Origin: Candidatus Latescibacterota bacterium
GTDB taxonomy: Bacteria > Latescibacterota > UBA2968 > UBA8231
Direction: 5' to 3'
Length of the DNA: 64,000 bases
Assembly: GCA_965243025.1 (NCBI GenBank)
Contig: CBDETY010000003.1
Coordinates: 1,472,001-1,536,000, forward strand
Shown: positions 1 to 9,647 of the stretch, piece after piece
Layout of the letters: every line of letters begins with the position of its first letter
Numbering within the stretch: position 1 is the first letter of the stretch
Program-made: the position numbers and the translations under genes
The notes under the pieces: generated by a model
What the model saw: the letters and a program-made list of their open reading frames with translations, nothing else
What the model was told of the DNA's origin: nothing
Database searches by the model: none

Positions 1-92
1 TCGTGTTCCGCCTCGACGCCTCGCGCCGCACCGATTTCAAGTCGATCGGCGGCAGCAACCACTGGGACTTTTTCTTCGGATGGGATTTCTGA
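1..92 (+). CDS. 3' end of an outer-membrane beta-barrel protein (Omp85/BamA-TamA-like), partial
   Basis: The frame starting at nt 3 reads VFRLDASRRTDFKSIGGSNHWDFFFGWDF* (TGA 90-92). It has an alternating beta-strand pattern with a terminal Phe (beta-signal) and overlaps the start of a BamB-like gene. Not in the ORF track. Confidence 0.55.
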   Translation, partial: VFRLDASRRTDFKSIGGSNHWDFFFGWDF

Positions 93-1243
93 GAGCGGGA
101 AGAACCGCGGCGGTTGCGCTTCGCCCCGCCGCCCTGGCGGCGCTTCTGACTCTGTCCGGGTGCCAGCCCAAACTGCTTTTCCTGCCCTCGACCAGAGGGG
201 CCGCCGACCAGTGGCTGCAGGAAAGCGGCTCACCGGGGGGTTCCTCGTTTCGCCGGGAAGGAGCCGAGCCGCCCCTGCGGCTGCGCTGGCGGCAGGAAAT
301 CGACAGCCCTCCCCTCGGAGGCGCCCTGCTCTCCGGGGAGCTGATGCTGCAGCTCACCAAGACCTCCAACCTCGCCGTCCTCGACCGCAACAGCGGGTTC
401 CCTCTGTCGCGCAAGGGGTTCGACAACGACATCTGCGGTCCGGCGGCGGTCGCAGGCCCCTCCTCCAGGCTGCTGCTTGTCGGGGAGCTCGGCCGCAAGC
501 CCGCCCTGCGCGCCGTCGACCGGCGCAGCGGCGAACCGGTCTGGAGCCGCCCGGGGAGGTTCTGCAGCGCTCCGGTAGTGCGGGGAGACACCCTGCTGAT
601 CGCGCGGGAGAACGGGCCGCTGCTGTCGCTCTCCCTGGCCGACGGCGGCGAGCTGTGGTCGCGGGAACCTGGGGGGCGATGGGCGGCTTCCCCCTCGCTG
701 GGGGACAGCGCCGCCTACATCTGCGACAGCGACGGGGCGGTCACCGCGCTGCGGCTCGCCGACGGCAGCGAGCGCTGGACCCGCGCCCTGGGCTCGGGAT
801 TCTGCGGGCGGCCCGCGGTTTCCGGGGGTCGGGTTTTCGCCGCATCGGCAACCGGCGACCTCTTCGCCCTTGACGCGGCTTCCGGGGACATCCTCTGGAA
901 AACCGGGCTCGCATCCCTTCCCGCCCCCGGCCTGGTGGCTGGGGAGGGGATGGTGGCGGCGGCCTGCTCCGACCGCAAGCTGTACGGGATCGACGCGGAA
1001 ACAGGGGAGGTCGCCTGGCGATTCGAGACGGGGGCGGCGATTCGCTCCACCCCGGCCGCCTCGGGACGGATCCTGTACGCGGCCGGCAACGACCAGTTCC
1101 TCTACGCCCTCCGCCTCGACAGCGGCCACCTGGAGTGGAAGTTCAGGCTCGACGGGCCGGTCTCCGAGCCGGTGGTCGCAGTGCGCGACGCCGTCGTTCT
1201 GGCGACCGACTCGGGAACCGTCTACCTCTTCGGCAGGAGATAG
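80..1243 (+). CDS. PQQ-like beta-propeller lipoprotein (BamB-like)
   Basis: Lipobox LSGC; repeated AxDxxxGxxxW blades (LRAVDRRSGEPVW, LFALDAASGDILW, LYGIDAETGEVAW). Confidence 0.85.
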   Translation: MGFLRAGRTAAVALRPAALAALLTLSGCQPKLLFLPSTRGAADQWLQESGSPGGSSFRREGAEPPLRLRWRQEIDSPPLGGALLSGELMLQLTKTSNLAVLDRNSGFPLSRKGFDNDICGPAAVAGPSSRLLLVGELGRKPALRAVDRRSGEPVWSRPGRFCSAPVVRGDTLLIARENGPLLSLSLADGGELWSREPGGRWAASPSLGDSAAYICDSDGAVTALRLADGSERWTRALGSGFCGRPAVSGGRVFAASATGDLFALDAASGDILWKTGLASLPAPGLVAGEGMVAAACSDRKLYGIDAETGEVAWRFETGAAIRSTPAASGRILYAAGNDQFLYALRLDSGHLEWKFRLDGPVSEPVVAVRDAVVLATDSGTVYLFGRR

Positions 1244-1244
1244 G

Positions 1245-2012
1245 GTGTCCGGGAATCAGCGCGGTTTGGAATCAGGAGCAGGCCGAAGGCTGCCGCCGAT
1301 GGCGGTGTACTGGCTCGGTTCGGTGCTGGCGGCGATTCAGCCGGGGGCGTTCCCCGGGTACGCCGCCGATGGAACGGTTCACCCGGACGAGTCCCGGCCG
1401 GGCCCTGGGGCGACCCTTTCGAGCAAGGCCTCCTTCCGGCTCGCCCCCTCCATTTTCGATCGAACTCCCCCTTTGTCCCCGGCCGCCGCAGCGCCGATCT
1501 CGAAGAACGGGGTGGGCCGGGAATCCCCGTTCTTCCGCGGTGGTCGGGCTCTCGACAGCCCCTGGTCCAGGGAGCAGGGGCTGGCTTGGCATGACCGGGA
1601 GCAGGGTGGGCGGTCGGGGTCTTCTGAACAGTTGCCTCTCGCCTCCCTCTTCCACGCGCTGGAGAAAGGGAATGAACCCCCGCACTCCCGGGTCCGGGGC
1701 ATGGGGCAGTCCTTCGGGAGCGCGCTTTCCAGGCGGCAGGACAGGGCCGGGGATGACCGGAAGCAGCGGGTCCGGTCCCGTTTTTCGGCTCCCCTGTACC
1801 TCAGCGCCGCGCTGACGGTTTCGGCGGCGGCGGTCGCCCGGTTGAGCAAGGACCGGGCCGACGACGCGTACGAGACCTATCTCAAATCCGCGGGGCGCCA
1901 GCGCCAGCAGAGCCACTTCGAAGAGGCGGAGCGCTACGACCGCATCGCCGGGGCCGCCTTCGCGGTCATGGAAGCGGGACTGGTCTGGTCGGTATACCTG
2001 CTGTTCTTCTGA
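1245..2012 (+). CDS. Hypothetical membrane/exported protein
   Basis: C-terminal part of ORF 870..2012; start GTG 1245 or ATG 1299. Two hydrophobic C-terminal helices flank ADDAYETYL. It fills the gap between co-directional genes. Confidence 0.55.
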   Translation: MSGNQRGLESGAGRRLPPMAVYWLGSVLAAIQPGAFPGYAADGTVHPDESRPGPGATLSSKASFRLAPSIFDRTPPLSPAAAAPISKNGVGRESPFFRGGRALDSPWSREQGLAWHDREQGGRSGSSEQLPLASLFHALEKGNEPPHSRVRGMGQSFGSALSRRQDRAGDDRKQRVRSRFSAPLYLSAALTVSAAAVARLSKDRADDAYETYLKSAGRQRQQSHFEEAERYDRIAGAAFAVMEAGLVWSVYLLFF

Positions 2013-2014
2013 CC

Positions 2015-3310
2015 GTGTCCGGCTTCCTTCCTGCACGCTTTCGCACCGCCGCCGGCCTGACGCTGGCCGGGCTCCTCCTGGCCTGCAGCGACCGGCAGCA
2101 CCGCAATCCTTTCGACCCGATGGTCGAGAATCCCATCGATACGGTCACCGCGCTCGAGGCCACCGCCGGCGACCGGCGGGTCACCCTGAACTGGGATTAC
2201 ACCTACTTCGAAGATCTGGTCGGGCTGCGGCTCTATCGCCGCACTTCCGGGTCGGGGGAAACAGCCCTTGACCTGGCTTCCGGGCAGACTTCCCACGTGG
2301 ACAACGACGTCGAAAACGGCACCGTCTACGAGTACCGGCTCGGCCTCGTGATCGCAGGCGAGGGGGAACGGGATTCCGGGGTGCTCGAGCGCGCAACTCC
2401 CGGGACCGCGGCGGCCTGGGTTGCCGATCCCGGCAGCGGCCTGGTCTGGCGCCTGGCACCGGACGGCCGCAGCTCGGTCTTCGCCCAGGGCCGTTTCGCC
2501 TTTCTCACCTCGATTGCGGTGACCGGCGAGGACCGCGCCTGCTGGGTCGGGGACCGGAGGTTCGGCGGGCTCTACCGGATCGACCAGGAGGGAGAGCTGC
2601 GGGTTGTCCCCGGTGAGCTCGAGGGGGTGGAAGAGCTCGCCGCCGCGGACGGTCTCGGCTGGATGATCGAGGCGGATGGGGACCGCGTCTGGTGGGCGGA
2701 CCTCTCCACGGCCTCTGACTCGCTGCGATTGACGGCGGTGGACGCCCACTTCGAAGAACCGTCGGCGCTCGCCGCGGCCCTCGACGCCTGCTGGATCGTC
2801 GACAGCGCCGAACCGCGGGTGCTGCTCTACCACCGCGACGGCACCAAAATCGATGCCTGGGCCGGGCTGGATTCACCCGCGGCCATAGCCACCTCCCCCG
2901 CTTCCGAGAGCGGGGATGACGATGGGCGGCGCTTCCCCGCCGAGGCCTGGGTGCTGATCGGGGAGGGCAGCCGCCTGGCGAGGCTGGAGGTCGGCTCCGA
3001 GGCGGTGGAGATCGAGCTTCCGTTCGCAGCCGCTGTCGCCCTCGAGATCGACGCGGCCACCGGGGACTGCTGGGTCCTCGGGGAGAACGGCGCCGCCTCC
3101 TTCGGGCGCGACGGCGGCCAACGCGTACATTGGGAGAGTCTCCCGGTGGGGGAGGGTCGGCATCTCGACGTCGACCCCAGTCACCGGCAGCTTTGGATAA
3201 CCGGATCGGAGGGTCTCTGGAAGGTGGGGATGGAGGGAGACGGGGGAACACTGCTCGGAGGCTTTTCCAGACCGATGCGGGTACAGGTGGACCCCGGTTC
3301 GGGACCTTAG
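2015..3310 (+). CDS. Lipoprotein with fibronectin type III domain and beta-propeller
   Basis: Lipobox LLAC; FN3 signature (ATAGDRRVTLNW...YR...DNDVENGTVYEYRL) followed by repeated WV-x-D blades. Confidence 0.7.
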   Translation: MSGFLPARFRTAAGLTLAGLLLACSDRQHRNPFDPMVENPIDTVTALEATAGDRRVTLNWDYTYFEDLVGLRLYRRTSGSGETALDLASGQTSHVDNDVENGTVYEYRLGLVIAGEGERDSGVLERATPGTAAAWVADPGSGLVWRLAPDGRSSVFAQGRFAFLTSIAVTGEDRACWVGDRRFGGLYRIDQEGELRVVPGELEGVEELAAADGLGWMIEADGDRVWWADLSTASDSLRLTAVDAHFEEPSALAAALDACWIVDSAEPRVLLYHRDGTKIDAWAGLDSPAAIATSPASESGDDDGRRFPAEAWVLIGEGSRLARLEVGSEAVEIELPFAAAVALEIDAATGDCWVLGENGAASFGRDGGQRVHWESLPVGEGRHLDVDPSHRQLWITGSEGLWKVGMEGDGGTLLGGFSRPMRVQVDPGSGP

Positions 3311-3358
3311 GGAAGCTGGAGTTCGGCGCGGGTCGCCGATTCCCGCGCGGCCAATGGC

Positions 3359-4252
3359 ATGAGCGGCGGAACGATCATCAGCATGACAGGCTTCGGCAGC
3401 GGCAGGGCCGAAGGGGGCGCGGCCTCGGTGAGAGCGACGGTGCGCTCGCTCAACGGCCGGTTCCTCGACGTCCAGGTCCGCTGCCCCGCTCCGTTGCGGG
3501 AGCTGGAGAGCGCCGTCGGGGAGCGCGTTCAGGAGGTCGTTTCCCGGGGCAAGGTTACCGTGCTCGTCGAGCTCGAGGAAACCGCGGCCCCCGGCGACAC
3601 GGGACCGGTTCTCGACCTGGAGACGGCAAGGCGCTACGTCGCGGGATTGAAAAGGCTGGCCGAGGCCGAGGGATTCCAACCCGCCATCTCCCTCGGGTCG
3701 GTGGCGGCGATGCCGGGTGTCTTTCGCAACGACCCGGTGCCGCTCGATACGGAGAGCGCCGCACCCCTGGTCATGTCCGCCGTCGACGAAGCCCTGCGGG
3801 AGTGCGACGGGATGAGGAGGGCGGAGGGGCAGGCCCTCGCCCGCGATCTGCGGGCCCGGGTCGCTTCCCTGCAGGATTTGCTCAGGGAGATCGAGACCCT
3901 GGCTGCCGGCAGCAGGGAGCAGCACCTCTCGCGCCTGCGTGAAAGGGTGGCCGCCCTGCTCGAGCCGGGGGCCATCGACGAGGACCGTCTGGCCATGGAG
4001 GTGGTGATGGTGGCCGAGCGGAGCGACATAGCCGAAGAGCTCGTGCGCTTCGGCAGCCACACGGAACAGTTCGCCGAAACCCTGGAAACAGGCGGCGACG
4101 TCGGCAAGCGTCTCAACTTCCTCCTTCAGGAGATGCACCGCGAGGCCAACACGATCGGCTCCAAGGCGACCGCAACCGGGATCGTACACGAGGTGCTGGC
4201 GGTCAAGGAGGAGATCGAGCGGATGCGGGAGCAGGTCCAGAACCTCGCGTGA
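3359..4252 (+). CDS. yicC: YicC/YloC family endoribonuclease
   Basis: SMTGFG, RSLNGRFLD, GKRLNFLLQEMHREANTIGSK, REQVQN motifs. Confidence 0.95.
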   Translation: MSGGTIISMTGFGSGRAEGGAASVRATVRSLNGRFLDVQVRCPAPLRELESAVGERVQEVVSRGKVTVLVELEETAAPGDTGPVLDLETARRYVAGLKRLAEAEGFQPAISLGSVAAMPGVFRNDPVPLDTESAAPLVMSAVDEALRECDGMRRAEGQALARDLRARVASLQDLLREIETLAAGSREQHLSRLRERVAALLEPGAIDEDRLAMEVVMVAERSDIAEELVRFGSHTEQFAETLETGGDVGKRLNFLLQEMHREANTIGSKATATGIVHEVLAVKEEIERMREQVQNLA

Positions 4253-4821
4253 CCGCGGCGACGATGGCGGGAAACGAAGGGATGGACGTCGTGACCATAG
4301 GGGGGTTTCCCGGCTCCGGCACCAGCACGGTGTGCGAGCTCCTCGGCAGGCGCACCGGATGGCGGCACCTCGACGCCGGCAGGACGTTCCGGGAGATGGC
4401 CGCCGAGGCCGGGGTTTCCATGGAGGCCTTCTGCCGCCGCGCCGAGTCGGACCCGGGACTCGACCGCGGCCTCGACGCCCGCATGATCGAAGCGGTCCGC
4501 ACCCGCTGCGGCGGCCTGATCCTCGAAGGGCGCCTCACCGGCTGGATGGTCGTGCGGGGGCGGCTTCCGGCGTTGAAGGTATGGATTTTCGCCGACATGA
4601 AAGTGCGCGCCGGCCGCGTCGGCCGGCGCGACGGCCAGACCGTCGAAAAGGCCATGGAGGAGATGGATCGCAGGGAGCAGTCGGAACGGACCCGCTATCG
4701 CGATCACCACGGCATCGACATCGGCGACCTGTCGATCTACGACCTGGTGATCGATTCGGGATCGGAGGAGGCGGGGAGCGTGGCCGACCGGGTCGCCGAG
4801 CGCCTCGCGGGCGGCGGGTGA
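4249..4821 (+). CDS. cmk: Archaeal-type cytidylate kinase (NMP kinase)
   Basis: P-loop TIGGFPGSGTST, AGRTFREMA, ILEGRLTGW, RYRDHHGIDIGDLSIYDLVIDS. GTGA overlap with yicC. Confidence 0.8.
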   Translation: MTAATMAGNEGMDVVTIGGFPGSGTSTVCELLGRRTGWRHLDAGRTFREMAAEAGVSMEAFCRRAESDPGLDRGLDARMIEAVRTRCGGLILEGRLTGWMVVRGRLPALKVWIFADMKVRAGRVGRRDGQTVEKAMEEMDRREQSERTRYRDHHGIDIGDLSIYDLVIDSGSEEAGSVADRVAERLAGGG

Positions 4822-4826
4822 CCGGG

Positions 4827-6053
4827 ATGGGAATCGAGGGACGCAGGATCCTTCTCGGGGTCAGCGGAGGCATCGCCGCCTACAAGACACCCCTGGTCGC
4901 AAGACTGCTGGTCACCGCCGGGGCCGAGGTGCGCGCCGTCATGACCCGGGCCGCAACCCGTTTCGTCACCGCGACCACCCTCGAAGTCGTGACCCGCGGC
5001 CCCGTCCACACCGACCTGTTCGAGCGCAGCGACGAGTTTCCGGTGCTCCACGTCGGCCTCGGAGAGTGGGCGGAGCTGGTGCTGATCGCCCCGGCGACGG
5101 CGAACACGATCGGCAAGATGGCCAACGGCATCGGCGACGACCTGCTTTCCTCCGTGCTGCTGACGGCCGGGGCCCCTGTCCTCCTCGCCCCGGCAATGGA
5201 AGAGGGGATGCTGGAAAACCCGTACGTGCGGCGCAACATCAGCCTCCTGCGGAAGCAGGGGGTCGGCTGGATCGACCCGGAAGCGGGGGAGCTGGCGTCG
5301 GGGGCGCACGGCAAGGGGCGCATGGCGAGTCCCGAAACGATCGTCGCCGCCTTGGGGGGATTTCTTGGGAGAGGTTCGGGACCGGAGCCGGATCTCGCCG
5401 GGCTCACCGTGCTGGTAACCGCCGGACCCACCTGCGAGGACCTCGATCCGGTCCGCTTCATCAGCAACCGCTCGACCGGCAAGATGGGGTACGCCGTTGC
5501 CGCCCGCGCCGTCCGCCGGGGAGCCGCGGTGAAGCTGATCAGCGGGCCGACGGACCTCCGGCCTCCTGCGGGGGCGGAGGTCGCGCAGGTGCGCAGCGCC
5601 GTCGAGATGCTGGAGGCCGCCCGCAAGTGGTTCGGGGAGGCCGACATCGCCGTCATGGCCGCCGCCGTTGCCGATTACCGCGCCGCCGGGTATTCGGAAG
5701 GCAAGATCGAGCGGGGGTCCGGCCGCATCAGCCTGGAGCTGGTCCCCAACCCGGACATCTCCGCGGAGCTGGGGGCGAACAAGAAGAACCGCGTGGTTGT
5801 CTCCTTCGCCATGGAGACCGAGGAGGGCAGCGCCCGCGCGCGCGCCAAGCTCGCCCGCAAGAAGAGCGACCTCATCGCCCTCAACAACCTGCGGGAAGAG
5901 GGAGCCGGGTTCGCCGTCGACACCAACGTGGTCACCCTGATCGACGCCGACGGCGGGGAAGAGGCGCTTCCCAGGATGAGCAAATTGGAGGTGGCCGACC
6001 GGCTGCTCGACCGCGCCCGGGAGCTGCTGGCGCGCCGCCGGAAATCCGGTTGA
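4827..6053 (+). CDS. coaBC: Bifunctional phosphopantothenoylcysteine decarboxylase/ligase
   Basis: ILLGVSGGIAAYK, APATAN, VTAGPT..DPVRFISNRSTGKMG, AAVADY. Start GTG 4818 or ATG 4827; the ORF-track start at 4332 is an over-extension. Confidence 0.97.
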   Translation: MGIEGRRILLGVSGGIAAYKTPLVARLLVTAGAEVRAVMTRAATRFVTATTLEVVTRGPVHTDLFERSDEFPVLHVGLGEWAELVLIAPATANTIGKMANGIGDDLLSSVLLTAGAPVLLAPAMEEGMLENPYVRRNISLLRKQGVGWIDPEAGELASGAHGKGRMASPETIVAALGGFLGRGSGPEPDLAGLTVLVTAGPTCEDLDPVRFISNRSTGKMGYAVAARAVRRGAAVKLISGPTDLRPPAGAEVAQVRSAVEMLEAARKWFGEADIAVMAAAVADYRAAGYSEGKIERGSGRISLELVPNPDISAELGANKKNRVVVSFAMETEEGSARARAKLARKKSDLIALNNLREEGAGFAVDTNVVTLIDADGGEEALPRMSKLEVADRLLDRARELLARRRKSG

Positions 6054-6078
6054 CAGGGCATTGCGCCCCGCTCATCTT
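6050..6078 (+). promoter_or_regulatory. Putative sigma70 promoter for udg-dnaB
   Basis: TTGACA-N17-CATCTT overlapping the coaBC stop codon. Confidence 0.45.
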
Positions 6079-6117
6079 CGGCTCGATACCCCTCCTTCCG
6101 CACCGAGTTTTCTTCAG

Positions 6118-6864
6118 ATGGCAGCGACAGAAGGGCGCCCCGGAAACGGGGGCGATTCCCTCGTTTTCGCGGCGCGATTCCTCGAGCGGTACCTCGCCGA
6201 CCTCGTGGCATTCGAGGGGCCGGACTTCGTCCTCCCTGCCGGCTTGGAAGATGCCGGGCGGTCTCTTCCCGAAGCGGCGGAGGCGGATGCCGGGCAGGCA
6301 GACGCCTCCGGCGAGCTCGAGGCCTTCCGGGCGGAGATCTGCAACTGCACCGCCTGCCCGCTCGGGCACTCGCGGCAGAATTTCGTGTTCGGCTCCGGCA
6401 ATCCCGAGGCCGGCATCATGTTCGTCGGGGAGGCGCCGGGAGCCGAGGAGGACCGCCAGGGACTGCCGTTCGTCGGGGAGGCGGGCAGGCTGCTGACCCG
6501 GATCATCGAGGCGATGGGGCTGCGGCGGGAAGACGTCTACATCTGCAACGTCCTGAAGTGCCGGCCCCCGAACAACCGCGATCCCCTGCCCGAGGAGGTC
6601 GACCAGTGCGAGCCGTACCTGAAGCGGCAGATCGAGATCGTGCAGCCCCGCATCATCTGCGCCCTCGGGCGGGTCGCTTCGCAGGCCCTGCTCAGGACGC
6701 AGTCGCCCCTGGGGTCGCTGCGCCGCACCCTGCACCAGTACGAGGGGATTCCCGTGATCGTCACCTATCACCCGGCTGCCCTGTTGCGCAACGCCGGTTA
6801 CAAGAGGCAGACCTGGGAGGACGTCAAGTGGCTCAGGCGCCAGTACGACGGGGTGGAGCTGTGA
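6118..6864 (+). CDS. udg: Uracil-DNA glycosylase family 4 (Fe-S)
   Basis: [39 protein letters not shown]. Confidence 0.95.
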   Translation: MAATEGRPGNGGDSLVFAARFLERYLADLVAFEGPDFVLPAGLEDAGRSLPEAAEADAGQADASGELEAFRAEICNCTACPLGHSRQNFVFGSGNPEAGIMFVGEAPGAEEDRQGLPFVGEAGRLLTRIIEAMGLRREDVYICNVLKCRPPNNRDPLPEEVDQCEPYLKRQIEIVQPRIICALGRVASQALLRTQSPLGSLRRTLHQYEGIPVIVTYHPAALLRNAGYKRQTWEDVKWLRRQYDGVEL

Positions 6865-6883
6865 CGGCAGGGAGAGGATCGCC

Positions 6884-8269
6884 GTGAGCCAGGGGAGACC
6901 GGCAAACGGCCGCGGCCTCGAACGCCTGCCGCCGCAGGCCGTCGACGTCGAGCAGGCCGTCATCGGGGCCATGCTGATCGATCAGCGGGCCGTCGGGCGC
7001 GCCATCGAGATTCTCGACGAGGGCTGTTTCTACCACAATCCCCACGCCAGGATCTTTTCCGCCATCATCACCCTCTACGATCGCAGCGAGGCAATCGACC
7101 AGCTCACGGTCAGCGAGGAGCTCAAGAAACGCGGCGAGCTCGAGGAAGTGGGGGGCCTGGTCTACCTCGCGACCCTGGCGGCGGAGGTCGCCACAGCGGC
7201 CAACATCGATCACCACTCTCGAATCGTCCTCGACAGGGGGCTCAGCCGCTCCCTGATCGAAGCCGCGGCGCTGATCAGCGACCGGGCGTTCGAGGGCAGG
7301 ACCGACGTGTACGAGCTCCTCGACTGGGCGGAGCAGCGGATCTTTTCGCTCTCGGAAAGAAGGCTTTCCAGCGGCTTCGAGAGCATCGAGTCGGTCCTGC
7401 ACGGAACCATCGAGCAGATCGAGCAGGCCCACCACCGCGACTCGGCGGTCACCGGCGTCGACACCGGTTTGACCGACCTCAACGACCTGACGTCCGGCCT
7501 GCAGAACGGGGACCTCGTCATCCTCGCGGCGCGTCCGAGCGTCGGCAAGACGGCGCTGGCCCTGAGGATAGCCCGCAACGCCGCGGTCGAGGCCGGGACC
7601 GGGGTGGGGATCTTCAGCCTCGAAATGTCCAAGCAGCAGGTCGCCCAGCGGCTGCTCTGCCTCGAGACCCGGGTCGATCTGCACAAGCTGAGGACCGGCC
7701 GCCTGCGCGACGACGACTGGATTCGCCTGACGCAGCAGGTAGGCGTGCTGGCCCAGGCGCCGATCTTCGTCGACGATACCCCGGGCATCACCATCCTCGA
7801 GACGCGCGCCAAGGCCCGGCGCCTGAAGCGCGAGCACGGGGTCGACCTGATCGTCATAGACTACCTCCAGCTGATGGGAACCCACGTGAACGCCAACAGC
7901 CGCGAGCAGGAGGTTGCGCAGATCTCGCGGGGGTTGAAGGGGCTCGCCAAGGAGCTCGACACACCGGTGCTCGCCCTGTCGCAGCTGTCGCGGGCCCCCG
8001 AGGCGCGCACCGGCGGGCGGCCGCAGCTCTCCGACCTGAGGGAGAGCGGCTCCCTCGAGCAGGACGCCGACGTCGTGATGTTCATCTATCGCCCGGAGAT
8101 GTACGCGAGGCCGGAAGAGGCCGACGGCCAGGAGGGGGTCGCCGAGGTCATCGTCGGCAAGCAGCGCAACGGGCCTACCGGCTCGGTGAAACTGATGTGG
8201 AACGCAGCCTGCGCCTCTTTCGAGGACCTCGCTCCCGAGTACCGCATAGAGCAGGAGGAGGAGTTTTAG
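6884..8269 (+). CDS. dnaB: Replicative DNA helicase
   Basis: PPQ..EQAVIG, ARPSVGKT, FSLEM, IDYLQL, LSQLSR, DLRESGSLEQDAD, KQRNGPTG. No intein. Confidence 0.98.
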   Translation: MSQGRPANGRGLERLPPQAVDVEQAVIGAMLIDQRAVGRAIEILDEGCFYHNPHARIFSAIITLYDRSEAIDQLTVSEELKKRGELEEVGGLVYLATLAAEVATAANIDHHSRIVLDRGLSRSLIEAAALISDRAFEGRTDVYELLDWAEQRIFSLSERRLSSGFESIESVLHGTIEQIEQAHHRDSAVTGVDTGLTDLNDLTSGLQNGDLVILAARPSVGKTALALRIARNAAVEAGTGVGIFSLEMSKQQVAQRLLCLETRVDLHKLRTGRLRDDDWIRLTQQVGVLAQAPIFVDDTPGITILETRAKARRLKREHGVDLIVIDYLQLMGTHVNANSREQEVAQISRGLKGLAKELDTPVLALSQLSRAPEARTGGRPQLSDLRESGSLEQDADVVMFIYRPEMYARPEEADGQEGVAEVIVGKQRNGPTGSVKLMWNAACASFEDLAPEYRIEQEEEF

Positions 8270-8439
8270 CGCCCGGTTCCGGGTGAATCGGGCGGCGGCT
8301 CCCTCGCAGGTTACATTCTGCGCTGCCGTTCGCCGGGGCAGGCCTTCGGGAAAGGGGGATTCCTCCCTCTCCGGGGGTGCCGCCCTCGAGGTCGCTCCTC
8401 GGCGCAGCCGGACTCACCCTTGCCAGCGAAAGTGTTCCC

Positions 8440-9435
8440 ATGCCCGACCGTCCGGAAGTAATCCTCAGCGGTTTCGCCGACGAAGGTCCCGAAGACAAGA
8501 AGGCCGAGGCGCAGCTGGCCATGCTCGCCGCCCTCGGAATGAGCTACTACAGCCTGCGCTGGATCGATGCCGGGCAGGGGGTCAGGAACGTCATGGAGCT
8601 GACCCGCCCCGAGATCGACAGCCTGCGGGAGCTGCACGCGCGTTACGGGGTGCGCGTCTCCTCGATCGGCTCACCGATCGGCAAGGTGAAGCTCCTCGAC
8701 CGCGAGGACGGCTCGACCAACCGCTACGTCCCGTTCGCCCGCTACCTGAGAGAGGAGGTCGCCCGCGCCGTCGATCTGGCCGGGGAGTTCGAGACCAGGC
8801 TGATCCGGGGATTTTCATTCTACCATCCCCGCGGCGAGGACCCTGCGGGGTACGTCGACGCGGCGGCCGACAGGCTGGGGGAGATCGCGGAGCTCTGCCA
8901 GCGCCGCGGCGTCTTCTTCGGACTGGAAGTGGAGGCGAACCTCGTGGGGCAGTCCGGTGACCTGCTGCGCGCCCTGCACCGCAAGGTGAAGAACCCGCAC
9001 CTGCTGCTGATCTTCGACGGCGGCAACCTGTCGAGCCAGAACCTCACAGCCGTCGAGACCTTCGAACAGTACCGCGCGATGCGGGACGGCATCGGCTGGC
9101 TGCACGTGAAGGACTACAGGATCGATCCCGCCCTGGAGTGGAAGGGGTTCGTCGACGAGGAGCGGCTGGAAAACTTCGTCCCGGCCGACCGCGGGGACTC
9201 GGGGCACGAGGCGATCCTGCTCGATTTCAGGAACCGCATCCCCGCTCTCGCCAGAAAGCTCAGGCGCCTCGGAATCCCCGGGGTCTTCCTCGACCTCGAG
9301 CCCCATCTCAGGGGGGGAGGACAGTTCGGCGGCTACAGCGGCGTCGACGGCTTCGGGGTCGCCCTGCGCAGCCTGACGCGGCTTCTCGACTACGTCGGCA
9401 TCGATTACCGGCTGACCGGCTACGAGGATCTGTAA
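8440..9435 (+). CDS. Sugar phosphate isomerase/epimerase (xylose isomerase-like TIM barrel)
   Basis: SGFADE, SSIGSPIGK, LEVE, FDGGN, LHVKD, LEPHL. Confidence 0.85.
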   Translation: MPDRPEVILSGFADEGPEDKKAEAQLAMLAALGMSYYSLRWIDAGQGVRNVMELTRPEIDSLRELHARYGVRVSSIGSPIGKVKLLDREDGSTNRYVPFARYLREEVARAVDLAGEFETRLIRGFSFYHPRGEDPAGYVDAAADRLGEIAELCQRRGVFFGLEVEANLVGQSGDLLRALHRKVKNPHLLLIFDGGNLSSQNLTAVETFEQYRAMRDGIGWLHVKDYRIDPALEWKGFVDEERLENFVPADRGDSGHEAILLDFRNRIPALARKLRRLGIPGVFLDLEPHLRGGGQFGGYSGVDGFGVALRSLTRLLDYVGIDYRLTGYEDL

Positions 9436-9647
9436 CCTGCGGCGGGCGGGGCAGCCCGGCCCGGGCTTCTCGACGGGGTCGCCCCGCTGCCTGCGATTTC
9501 CTGCGACACCCTCTGACCGCGGCCTTCCGGCCGGTCGGAGGGCGCCAGACCGAAGTTTTCGTGACCGCAGGAGGATTTCCTGCCGGTCCGCGCAACCGGG
9601 CCTGCCGGCCCGTGACGACGGACGGACCTGGGCGCCGGCAGTGGAAG

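Noticed and set aside
9436-9647. Hairpin-rich intergenic stretch containing CCGGAAGG on the minus strand (SRP RNA-like)
   Set aside because: Lacks the SRP CAGG...AGCAG symmetric loop, and the stems are explainable by high GC.
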